Made by a program: the position numbers and the translations under genes. From positions 33,234,001 to 33,298,000 of the forward strand of contig NC_045696.1 of the NCBI RefSeq assembly GCF_009834535.1: 64,000 nt of DNA, written 5' to 3'. Under the pieces are notes generated by a model. That model was given only the letters and a program-made list of their open reading frames with translations, was not told where the DNA came from and made no database searches. Below, piece by piece: positions 53,463 to 64,000 of this stretch (positions are counted from its first letter, which is position 1; the number at the start of each line of letters is the position of its first letter). Source of the stretch: Camelus ferus. Taxonomy: Eukaryota.

Positions 53463-53935
53463 TGTTACCAAAGGCAGGTTCATGTGCCTGTCGCACCATG
53501 ATGCCAAACAAACTGAAATAGCAAGAGATTGGAGCAGGGAAATGTTACTGCAGGGCGGAGCAAGGAGGACATGGTGGCTCATGTCCAAGAAAACCTGAAC
53601 TCCCAGAAGGGTTTCAACAAAGCATATTTAAAGGCCAGGTGAGGGAGGCGAGGTAGCAGGGTACATGATCAGCTTGTGCACAACTCTCTGATTGGTTGAC
53701 GTTGAGGCAACAGAGTGGTCAACACTATCAACCCCTAGGCATCAAAAGGTCTGGGGGCCATGTGCTCTCAATCATCAAGTAGTTAATTTCTTCCCTTTGG
53801 TGGTGGCTTTTAGCATCTGAAAAACTCAGGAAATTTGCATGAGATACTATTACCTGGGTACTTCAGAGAGCAGCTGCATCAGAGGATATAGGGGGAAGGT
53901 CTGACCCTAGAGGGCCAGGGTTCTGCTCAGCTACA
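53463..53935 (-). mobile_element. ERV1-class solo LTR (MER41-like superfamily), 473 bp
   Basis: TG...CA termini with perfect 4-bp TSD ATAT (53459-53462 / 53936-53939); reverse-strand CCAAT (gattgg) and TATA-like (tatttaaa) elements. Confidence 0.9.
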
Positions 53936-54854
53936 ATATGAATGAACCTTAAATGCATTTTGAAAGCTTTGGCCAAACCCAAAGAGTTATATACTGTTTA
54001 ATTCCATGTATATGACATTCCGGAAAAGACAAAAAGTGTAGGATTGAAAATAGACTAGTGCTTTTCAGTTTTGAGAATAGGGGAGAAATTAGTAACAGGG
54101 GCAATTCAAAACAACTTTGGGGGTGATGAAATTGTTCTATTTGTGTTGGTAGATACACAGCTCTATGTGTTTTTCAAAATCCACAGAACTATATACCACA
54201 AAGAATATGTTTTACTATATGTAAATAAAAACAAAAACAAGACCTGGAGACATAAATGAAACACAAACAGATAACCTAGCTGTTATCACCTCAATAACAA
54301 AGTAGGGAAGAAAGTAACTAGCCCAACTCATCTTTGGAAAATAGTATTTTGACTTAATACCACAAGACTGTGGACAAAAAGAACTGTTCACAAACATTGC
54401 ACTCCAGCTAGTAAATTTTTTGCTCACAGAGTATGGGTCAGTAATTCTGGAATTACTTTACATATGTAGTAGGTTCCAACATATATATTTTTTATATCTG
54501 TCTAATCAGAGGGACTAGAAGTAACAACATCATTATAAAAATGAGTACATCTAGCACCCAGATCTTGGTTCCTCAGTGCCATTCTTAATGAAGTAAACAA
54601 GGCCAACTTGGAAAAATGGTTGACTGTAGGGCACAGAAAATATAAGACGAATCTGTAACAACGAACGTACGGGTGTTAGAAAAGAAAGGATTATTTCAAA
54701 AAAGGATGAGGATGTGGAAAATGCACAGAAGCCAATCTGCAAGGGTTCCTAATAACTAAAGCTCAAAAATTGTTCAACAATTTAACCAACACATAAAACA
54801 ATACTGATTTTAAATCTTAAAATAAAAATGAACACACATGAATTTATAGTGATA

Positions 54855-54894
54855 TAAATAAATAAATAAATAAATACATACATACATACATACA
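54855..54894. repeat. (AAAT)n(ACAT)n microsatellite within L1 3'UTR
   Basis: ataaataaataaataaataaatacatacatacatacatac read directly. Confidence 0.9.
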
Positions 54895-55650
54895 GAAGAT
54901 CCTTCCTACTAAAAATAAAAATTAATATGGGGTTGAGGAAAAAAGAAAATCACCATCAGAACTCAGTATTTTTTTGTTCAGGCAAGTTCTACCAATTAAT
55001 GCCAAAATTAGTGGGCAAAAGTTTAACGAGCAACAGCTTATTTGCATAGTCTCAAAACATCTTTCTCAAGATGTTCATCAATTACAAATCAAAAATAGTA
55101 GCTTTACCATGGAAAAATCCTTAATCAGGTGGTTGAGATTAGTAACACCAGTAATAAGACATAGCACATCATGTACTCCCTCCTCACATGATGCACTAAG
55201 AAAGAGGTACCACTCTGTGATATTCTCACCAAAAATATATAACCTACATTTTACCACGAGGACACATCAGAGAAATTAAAAATGAAAGAAGATTCCACAA
55301 AGTGATCAACCAGAAGTCTTAAAAGCGTTAGTACATTGAAAGATACTGAAAGACTGAGGAACTGTCACAGATAGGGGTAGACTGAAAAAAAAAAAAAAGG
55401 ACAACTAAATGTGTTATGGAAACTGGGATTAGATTTGGATCAGAAAAAGGACAGTGTAAAAACTGGTGAAAACAGCATGAAGACTGCAGTTTCCTTACCA
55501 GTACTGCACTAATGTTAATTTCATAGTTTTAATGAATGCGAGATAGTTATGTTAAGTTGTTAGCATTAGGAAAAGCGACTGAAGAATATGCAGGAACTCT
55601 GGACTATTTTTTAAACTATTCTGTAAATCTAAAATTATTTTAACATAAAA

Positions 55651-56120
55651 GCCTACAGGCAAGATAGAGCTTGAGGAGCACTGAAAAGCCTGGGAAGTTA
55701 GATATAGTTGGATTATGAAGTGTGACCTGGAAAGTAGGAAGCTGGAGAGCTAAGAAGAGATTAGAGTACACAAAAATATGCTATCCACTCAAAAATGAGA
55801 AGGAGTTTGGATTTTTTTTCAAGGAATTAACATAATGAGATTTGCATTTTGAAAAGTATACACTTGTTGAATTTAAATAATAATTTAGAAAGAACCAAAC
55901 CTGATGATATATAATATATAATATATAGTCCATTAGAAAGAAAGATCACAAGGGAGATGGGGGAGGATTTTGTCAGGATGGAGAGACTTAGAATGGATTT
56001 TAGAACAATTTGGAGGCACAATAAAAACACTTGGTGGTTAAGACAGAGGAAAGGGGAAGGCAAGGAGTCTGAGATGACACCAATATCCACGCTCCAGAAG
56101 CATTAGGCATTTTGATGTGA
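55651..56120 (-). mobile_element. L2 fragment (right half)
   Basis: gcctacaggcaagatagagc...aggagtttggatttt...atgagatttgcattttgaaaag...aggagtctgagatgacacc. Confidence 0.75.
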
Positions 56121-56329
56121 GCTGAAAATTATTCTTTGATGGTCAACTCTTTAAAAATTGTCAAGTAATATAAATCACATATCCCCATTCCATCTTGAGA
56201 TGAAATATTTATTCCCTCTATTTATATCCCTCTTTTTCTCAAAGCTAAGTCCTATTTCTAAGGTGGGAACCTGAGTTGATTAACAATGTCATGAGAAAGA
56301 GATTAGAGTGGGTACCACGTGGAAGAAAA

Positions 56330-56590
56330 AAATAGTTCGATGTTTAAGTCTTGGCCCTACAGCTAAACAAAACTCTAAGCAATGGTTCCCCTTCCTACTT
56401 ATTTTTCTCCTTTGATAAATTTCTGTGCCATATATGTTTCCTTTTTCATATCTATGAAATGAGAATAATCAATTTAACTACCATTTTAGCTGCTTGAGTG
56501 TTAAATATATATAAAGGCCTTAGATCAGTGCTTGGCATATAGTGCACTTGAAGTAAATGGTAATAATCATAGGGAAGTTGTTATTGTTAG
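56330..56590 (+). mobile_element. MIR SINE
   Basis: tttcctttttcatatctatgaaatgagaataa...aaggccttagatcagtgcttggcatatagtgcact. Confidence 0.7.
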
Positions 56591-58849
56591 TTTTGTTCTG
56601 TTTACCAATTTTCCTCCTCTCAGAAGAGGTCACTAAGCCTGTTCAGTAACTACTCATTCTCTAACACATCACATATGTCTTGAACCAGTTTGACTGGGTG
56701 AAGGGCAAGATATAAGGGACCATAACCAAGTCCCCTGTGTGATGATTCTCTCCACCTCAGACATCCCAGGACATAATGAATTGCACTAACAAACAGTGAT
56801 GTTAGTGATATCAGTCCTACGCATACAGACATTACTGGTGCATAACATGGTAAATTTTCCAGCAGACTTAAAAAAAAAATAACATATGTAATAATACATT
56901 CTAATAAAAATCTCACAACATAAAGTGAAATAAGAAAGTCTAAAAATTCAAGTGTGGTTTTAAGGATGGAATGAAGCACAGATACTTGTTACACACATTA
57001 CTTGGAAATAAAAAGTATAGATATTTCTTTGTCAAGATACTCCTTTTATTATCAGATTTATCAGGGAATATGCTTCCCTGAGTAAAAGGAGTTTATAGAA
57101 GTAGATGTAGATTTAGGAGAAATTATTAAATTTTATATATTCATTTTCAGATGTCTGGGTAATATTATAATGCAAATATCTGGACAGCTGCTGAATGGAC
57201 AAGTCGAAAGTACAGGATTATAAATTAGGTCAGAGGTACAGATTTAGGATACATGACACACAGAATAAAGGTCAAAGATAACAGAACAAAAGACAAACCC
57301 AAACTGTGGTATTTATTACCCCAGAAGGGTATGTACAATTAATAAAGAATGCCTATAATTAAATTCAAACGCATTGCTACAGAACATGAAAATGGTGATT
57401 TTATAGAACCAATGCTGTATCAGGGTGGTATTATAATGATATTCTAATTTTTTATAAGTACCAAGTGTTTATTAAATATTTAATCAGGAGTAATAAGCTC
57501 ATGGGATGTAAAGGCAATTTATACCTCATATTAATAGTTTGTGTCAAAAAAAGGAAGTTTAACAAAACTTAGGTGGTCATTCAATAATAATTTAATTGAT
57601 AATAATTTAACTGATCAAAATTTGATCAGCCTACTGTATTTTCCCATACAGATTAATTTAATATTTTGCATGAGTGGTTTTATCAACCCATTTTTTATCT
57701 TCCATGAGTGCCTAGTAATATATATGTGTTATATAAATTATGTGTATTAACATATAGATAACAGGCATTGTATTACTCATACCAAGAAAACCTATTTTTT
57801 TCAATGTTTGCATAGAGTTCTATTTCTTGATAGCTCAATAATAATTTTTGAGCAACTGATTCTGTAGGATTTTGCTTCTTGGGAAGCCTACATCATTTGA
57901 TTTACATTTTAGATTTATAGAGCAAGTATTTCCTCATATCTTTCTCTTGTCCAGTCTCAACCTCTCAGTTGGCATTATCAGGGCAGATAGAGCCTGAAAA
58001 GGCTTCTTATTAAAAGCAACCAATCAGGAGGATAAGACTCAAAGAGATCAGAGACGTAAAACTAAATGTTTGGGATAAGGCTATTACTACCTGATCTTAA
58101 CAAGATAAGTCTGAATTGAGACCTGCAACATTCATCTGTGGGTAAGGCAACATTTCTGATGATGTCTGATATCAGAACTTACAAGATTTTCTACTGCCTA
58201 GGATTAAATAGACCTTCATCATGGTTAATAACACTTTTTCCTAGAAAACATACAAGAGTCTAAGATTTTTACTGAAGCTTATGAAATTGAAGCTCCAGAC
58301 AAATATAAAAATTTTTCCTCTGGTGTCTAAAGGAAATGGCATTTTTCCAGAACATAAAAAAAAACACACACTTTTACTATATTGTGTTAATATTACTCAA
58401 GTTTATTCATATTTGGAGTCTTAGGGCAAAAATTATTTGAAAATACTGATAGAAATCAGGGTAAAATTCATTGCTCACTAATCTATAGCTCATACCCTAA
58501 GCAGAACTGCTTTTTGAAAATCTAGTTATAGTTCCACGATCTAAGAGGTCATATTTAATCATGCCACAAATTCTATCATTGGTAAAGTTTATAAACTTTG
58601 GTGACTACCTTAATAATTTCCATTCTGTTCTATATGTTTTCTTGGTTGGAGTTTCTTGATGTTCTTTTATCTGTTTGCATCCTATAAATAAAAGGTGTCA
58701 GAGCCAGAACTGTATCTTAAATCTCTACATGGCACTGAGAGATCAAGGCTTACGGAGCCTTGATGTTATCAAGCTTACAAAGCAAGGGAGCTGCCACAGA
58801 AGCTGCCCTCTGAACTATGCTCTGTCCGAGTTTCACACTGATATTTCCG

Positions 58850-59305
58850 GAAGGCACATCTGATGATATCACTCCCTACTTAAAAATCTTCCTATTCTCC
58901 CTACAGCCTTCAGGATCAAATCTAAACTCTTAAACATGACCTACCCACAAGACATTTCACAATTTGACTCTTGTTCACCTCTTCTCTCATCTTCCTTCCT
59001 TTATTTCTGTCCTACGGATATGCTTTTAAATCACTGAGCAATAAATACTATGCTATCCTCTTTCTGAAGTTTGGGTCTTTGCCTGGGCTGTTTGCTTTAC
59101 CTGTATTATTTCACCTCTGTCCTTACCTAGTTAGTTGTATGTCTATACTACCACATTTGTCATCTGATATTAAAAGTTCCTGTTTACAAGTCTGAAAAGA
59201 CAGGGATAGCTTCTTTGCTTCTTGGTTATACTAGCACAGTGGCAAACATTTGAAAAGTTCTAGACAAACACTTGAATGTGCTAATATGTGAATGAATTAA
59301 TGAAG
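58850..59305 (+). mobile_element. L2 3' fragment
   Basis: atctgatgatatcactccctacttaaaaatcttcc...cttcaggatcaaatctaaactc...tagcacagtgg...gtgaatgaattaatgaa. Confidence 0.75.
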
Positions 59306-59649
59306 TGATTGCCTCCTCTGCATAATTCCCAGACCCTCACAGCCTTTCCAGAATTGACTACATTACTATCTGCCCATCCCCAAACTCATGCTGGCTGCAT
59401 CTCAAACTAGGTACATTATTTCATTTCTAGAATACATCATCACATCTGGATCACATCAAATGGTACAGGTGGACCACAGATTCTTCCCCAATCCATCACA
59501 GCAAAGCTGCTTTCTTCATGTCACTATAAAAAGTCCATTTTTGACCTTCTAGAAACCTGAGACCCTGTTGCAGCACACAATTTTCCCTTAGCCCATCACT
59601 TAGGAAGTCACTGCTTATTTCAATAGGGGGAGAAGAGTTATTGTCTTTC

Positions 59650-60070
59650 CTTACCAAGCTACTGTTTTAGATGAATTCTCTGGGAAACAGACTCCTAGAT
59701 GGAGAGTTTACTGGGGAGTGCTCCAGAGAATAACATCTGGAAAGAGTAAGAGAAACAGTGTCAAGTGGAGGGAGAAGTTGAAATGTGATATAGTTTCATG
59801 ACATCTCAGCTGATGTCCTTAGGGAGCTCTGGAGCTGGGATGATTCTCCCTAATTGTCTCAGGTTAAGGAAAAAAGTCTAGTCTCTGCACCCACTCGTCA
59901 ACCAGCCTTGATTTTGGACTTCCCCTGAGTAAGATGGTAACTTGGGGAAGGGCAGCACTCTTTCTTCTACTAAGTTGGGCAGTTCTGGAACAGAAATTGA
60001 CAATGTGCTGTCAGCAGCAAACACTCTCAGCATCATGCTGGAAATGTGTCCAGATGGAGCAAACTTACTA
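59650..60070 (-). mobile_element. ERVL LTR16-family LTR
   Basis: Reverse LTR16: aaacagactcctagatggagagtttactggggagtgctcc...gggagaagttgaaatgtgat...gggagctctggagctgggatg. Confidence 0.8.
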
Positions 60071-60311
60071 TATAAAGCAAGTTTTTTATCTGAAAGGCAT
60101 GGGTAGACTGTAGTAGGTACTGGGGTGGATTTCTACTTCCCTCCTTCAAGGCTGAGGCACTCACTTTTCCAGGTGTTGAAAGCAACAGTAATTCAGGTAC
60201 AAATATTTCACTCAGTGTAAGTCATTGTTGTATTCATGCTCCTAGCACCATATTGGCATTAACTCATGGGATTCTTGCCAAGGTGTGAAATCTAACATCA
60301 TGAAGGAGGGC

Positions 60312-60890
60312 TGCATTAATTATCTTTTGCTGTAGAAACCAATTTCTAAAACCTAAGTGGCTTAAATCATACAAATTTGCTATCTTATAGTTATAAAGGG
60401 CAGAAGTCTGAAATGGGTCTCATTGGGCTAAAAATCATGATCTCATCAGAAATGAGTTACTTCTGGAGTCTCTAGGGTAGAACCTGTTTTCTTGCCTTTC
60501 CCAGCTTTCAGAGCATGTCCAAATTCCTTGGCTTCTGGGCTTTCTCCCAATTTTGAAGTGAGCCTTGGCAGGTTTAGTCCATTCACTCACCTGTCCTCAC
60601 TCTGACTGATCACATCTCCTTTTCTGACTCTTGTTTTTCACTTCCTTTTTCCAACGTTAAGAATCCTTGGATTTATATTAGAACCACCTGGGTAACCCTG
60701 AATACCTTCTCTATTTTAAGCACAGCTTGTTAGCAAATTTAATTCATCTGTCTGGTTTAATTTGTCATGGAAGGCAAAAAGTACATAAATACATATTCAT
60801 ATATATATATGGTCACTGGGTCAGATGGTTCCAGAGATTAGGAAATGGACATTTATGAGGGTGAGGTGGGGCATTATTCTGCCTAACACA
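60312..60890 (-). mobile_element. MaLR LTR (MLT1D-like)
   Basis: agtggcttaaatcatacaaattt...cagaagtctgaaatgggtctcattgggctaaaa...ttcttgcctttcccagcttt...ggcattattctgcctaacaca. Confidence 0.88.
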
Positions 60891-60899
60891 ACTGCTAAC

Positions 60900-61760
60900 A
60901 TATATTAAGACAGACAAAGCTACTCTCTTTGATCCTTCTTAATCCAGACCCCACAGGATCCATATATACCGTCCTAGCTCCTAAGAGTAACTTTTGGCTA
61001 CTCCACTACAGCTGTTTGGTGTGTATTCCTTTTCGTCACTTCGCAGACTCAGCACTGCCCCAGTTGGGTTCGATGTGATGACCCAGGTTATTGGTACAGT
61101 GGCCCAGAGTGGAAATGAGAATGTATAAAAAGAATATTGCCATCAAATTCCCATAAAGATGGAGTCCTAGCCTTTGAAGAGAGGAGAGGGCCATTTCCAG
61201 AGGCCCACTGTGTTTGAGAGACCTGGAAATTCAAGATTTTTAAGGGCATCAATCTACTTTTTACCTTCACAGGGTTCCACGCCTTTCTTATTAGGGTCTT
61301 AACCTTAAGACAAGCACACTTGCAGAGTTAAGAATTTGAACTTTTCTGAAACTCCTCTATTCTTATAATTAAATTATGGGCCTCATGCATAGCTGTTTTT
61401 GCCCTTCAGAAATAAAAATAACTTTATGCTGCTCAGAAGGTCATCTGGCTTTCACACATGACCAAAATTGGTGATTAATTTTCCCCAGCCTTCATTTTTC
61501 ACCCCCAATGCATAAGTAGTATCCAATAAAACTGACCAATTTCAGGATCCTGGTAATACTATTTTCTTTGGACTCTCAGGATGCCGGAGATGTAACTGCC
61601 AGTGCATTCCCCCTCCACCATTACCCCATCCCAGTTTAACACTAGTGAAAAGTTTAAAATTTCACTGAGATAGCATGCGAGGTGTTCGTACTCCACTTAC
61701 CTCCAGTGGCGCGGTCCTCATTTTCAGCTGGCAGGAGGTACTGCGATCCAAAAACCCCAG
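60900..61760 (-). mobile_element. ERVL internal remnant (ERV3-16A3-like) including decayed gag 5' end
   Basis: Reverse strand near 61590-61755: gaggaccgcgccactggaggtaagtggagtac...ctagtgttaaactgggatggggtaatggtggaggggaatgcactgg, resembling the recalled ERVL/LTR16-associated gag N-terminus. Confidence 0.6.
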
Positions 61761-61764
61761 TTTT

Positions 61765-62048
61765 GCCTCTGCTCTCTGGAGTTAGGTTGTCCCTGAAAAA
61801 CAGTTGCAAATGAAACAAGGGGGCAGGGTTTTTATACCCTGCATTGACAAATCAATGGATGTCAGCTGCCCATAGGAGGAAGGCAACACTGAAACAAAGG
61901 CAGATTATTGTTCTCCAGCTGAGGGCAAAGGCCTAAGGGAGAACTCAGCTGTGAGCAGTCAGCAGCCAACAAGCCTTGCAGCAAGGGGCAAAAACGGCCA
62001 GGTCTGAAGAGAGGATCTAGTTGGCTCATCACGACCTAACTGCCACTA
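61765..62048 (-). mobile_element. LTR16A-like LTR (5' part)
   Basis: cagctgagggca...gagaactcagctgtgagcagtcagcagccaaca...ctgaagagaggatct matches the reverse of the LTR16A start. Confidence 0.75.
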
Positions 62049-62176
62049 ATTGTTCTCTCCCACTCATGGATGTCTCTAGCTTCATTATTCACCAATACAT
62101 AGTCCTAAAATTCCTTTTCTAATAACACTTCTGAGTTTCTGTTTGTTATTACAGCCTATAATGAAAAAGAAAATCA

Positions 62177-62318
62177 GGGAGGGTATAGTTCAAGAGTGCA
62201 TGCTTAGCATGCAGGAGGTCCTGGGTTCAATCCCCAGAACCTCCTCTAAAAATAAATAGATAAACCTAATTACTTCTCTCCCCCCCATCAAAAAACAAAA
62301 CAAAACAAAAACAAAAAC
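62177..62318 (+). mobile_element. tRNA-derived SINE, camelid vic-1 type, with A-rich tail
   Basis: gggagggtatagttcaagagtgcatgcttagcatgcaggaggtcctgggttcaatccccagaacctcc...aaacctaattac...cccccc + (CAAAA)n; same family as 12811-12953; A box partly deleted. Confidence 0.9.
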
Positions 62319-62321
62319 ACC

Positions 62322-62962
62322 CAACAAGTTTATGCTATATAGCACAGGGAACTATAGTCAATATCTTGTAGTAACTTATGGTTAAAAAGAATATATATTT
62401 GTTACTATATGACTGAAGTATTGTGCTGTACACCTGTAGTTGACACATTGCAAGCTGACTATACGTCAATAAAATATATATATTAAAAATGGAAAAAGAA
62501 AAAATATGAAAAAGAATATATATACACACATATATATAACAGAATCACTATGCTGTACACCAGAAATTAACACGTTATAAACTGACTATACTTTAATAAA
62601 AAATTTAAGAAAGTTTCCTTATGATATCACTTATATGTGGAATCTAAACACAAATGAACTTATTTACAAAATAGAGACAGTCACTGACATAAAAAACAAA
62701 CTTATGGTCACCAGGAGGGAAATAGGGTGGGGAGGGATAGATTGGGAGTTTGAGATTTGCAGATACTAATTACTATATATAAAATAGGTAAACAACAAAG
62801 TCCTACTGTATAGCACAGGGAACTGTAATCAATACCTTGTAATAACCTATATATGAAAAAGAATGTGAAAAGGAATAAATATACATGTATAAGTGAATCA
62901 CTATGCTGTACAGTAGAAATTAACACAGCACTGTAAATCAACTATACTTAAATTTAAAAAAA
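62322..62962 (+). mobile_element. Three tandem cetartiodactyl/camelid L1 3'-end fragments
   Basis: Three copies of the terminal motif (tgctgtaca...aacac...actatac...aaa) ending near 62490, 62605 and 62962; two copies of tatagcacagggaact. Confidence 0.92.
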
Positions 62963-63129
62963 TCAAATGTTATGCTACAACTTAATCAAGAACTGTCTCT
63001 GTGAAATTTTATTACCTATTAAATTAAATAACGATGAATAGGAATATTCTGACCTCTGTGCAATATCCAATAATTGATGATATAATGTGGATTGGATAGA
63101 TGATAATAGTAGCTTCTACTCTTTGCCAA

Positions 63130-64000
63130 GCAGAGTAATATATTGAACATCCACTATATGTCAGACACCATTCTAGGCATTTGGATTATATCAATGAACC
63201 CAACAGATACAGACCCTTGCCTACCTGGGGTGCAATTACTATAAAACCATTAGCTAATAAACATTTGATATAATCCAAAAAAGGTAAATTATATAATCCA
63301 TTAAAATTGATAAGTGTAATGGAAAAATCAAACATGAGAATGAATGATGCAGATTTTAATTTTAAACAGGTGGTGATGGTAGGAATCAATGAAAAGATAA
63401 CATTTCAGCAAAAGTTTGAAGAAAGTATTGGAATTAGTCATGAACTTTCTTATCTTCGGGAAAAGAATTTCAGGAAGAAAAAAAGTGGTTTATTTCTGCC
63501 ACCATTCCTACGGCAAGAATAAGTCTCTCCGATTAAAGAAAGAGCAAGAAGGCCAACGTTGCTGAAATGGAATGAAAAATGGGGACAGGAGAAGATTACA
63601 TCAAAAAATCATGGGGATCTCATCATGTGAGGCCTTTGGAGGCCATTGTGAAGTCTTTGAAATTGGGTGCTATTGCAGGGTTTTCAGCAGATCATAACAC
63701 AATCAGAGTTACAATGATAATGTCCTTCCTTGTAGAGAACACCTTGGGGAAGGTCACAGTGAAAACAATGAGACCTATTAAAAGTCTAAATTAGACAGCT
63801 CTTCAAGTGCTTGTTTCACAGGACCAGGGGGATAGCAGATGTGATCAGATTCTAGAGCTTCAGAATTTCCTGAAAGATTTGATATGCGGTATGAGTAAGT
63901 TGGAGAGGTTGACATCTGAGTGACCAGAAGGATGAAGTTTCTATCAATTTATATGGAAAAGACTATGGGCAGATGGATTAGTATTTGGGGGGCAGATCAC
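63130..64000 (-). mobile_element. L2 LINE 3' portion, antisense
   Basis: tattgaacatccactatatgtcagacaccattctaggcatt...cagacccttgcctacctgg...aagaaggccaacgttgctgaaatgg...ggatgaagtttctatcaatttat. Confidence 0.85.

Larger units (their letters stand above)
50760..55650 (+). mobile_element. Old L1 (L1MC3-like) with 5' end joined to RT region (ORF1 and EN absent) and long 3'UTR
   Basis: 5'-end-like gggcttctggacttcactcaaggatgtagagagctggaaagagcatc; RT motifs NHMITS (about 51548) and KLPLFTDD (FADD homolog, 51845-51856); ORF2 C-terminus; L1MC3-type 3'UTR ending ctgtaaatctaaaattatttt. Confidence 0.88.

Noticed and set aside
57611..57629. CTGATCAAA-A-TTTGATCAG palindrome
   Set aside because: 9-bp AT-rich arms are plausible by chance in 64 kb.
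1..64000. CRISPR arrays, operons, prokaryotic defence systems, rRNA, NUMT or non-retroviral endogenous viral elements
   Set aside because: No regularly spaced repeats, no long ORFs and nothing resembling rRNA, mitochondrial or viral genes; the DNA is mammalian and repeat-rich. A very decayed element cannot be excluded without a translated search.

Overview
AT-rich, CpG-depleted eutherian genomic DNA, most likely camelid: it carries two copies of a tRNA-derived SINE of the camelid vic-1 type and cetartiodactyl-style L1 3' ends. I find no intact protein-coding gene, RNA gene, CpG island or CRISPR array. Nearly all ORFs in the track are decayed L1/Tigger/ERV reading frames or chance ORFs. Roughly half the window is a fossil record of transposable elements: a near-full-length L1 with its RT core deleted (5001-11450), an internally deleted old L1 that splits an L2 and itself hosts an ERV1 solo LTR (50760-55650), MaLR/ERVL LTRs, an ERVL gag remnant, MER8/MER58/Tigger13-type DNA transposons, and many MIR/L2 fragments. 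The most interesting non-repeat signals lie in a repeat-poor block at about 33-39.7 kb: a 25-bp near-perfect hairpin, CpG-retaining islets and a candidate chain of minus-strand non-coding exons. Small mutational fossils include a 20-bp microinversion and a tailless L1 fragment insertion. Family names come from recalled consensus sequences, and boundaries without a TSD are approximate. I cannot support a claim of a new biological system here.
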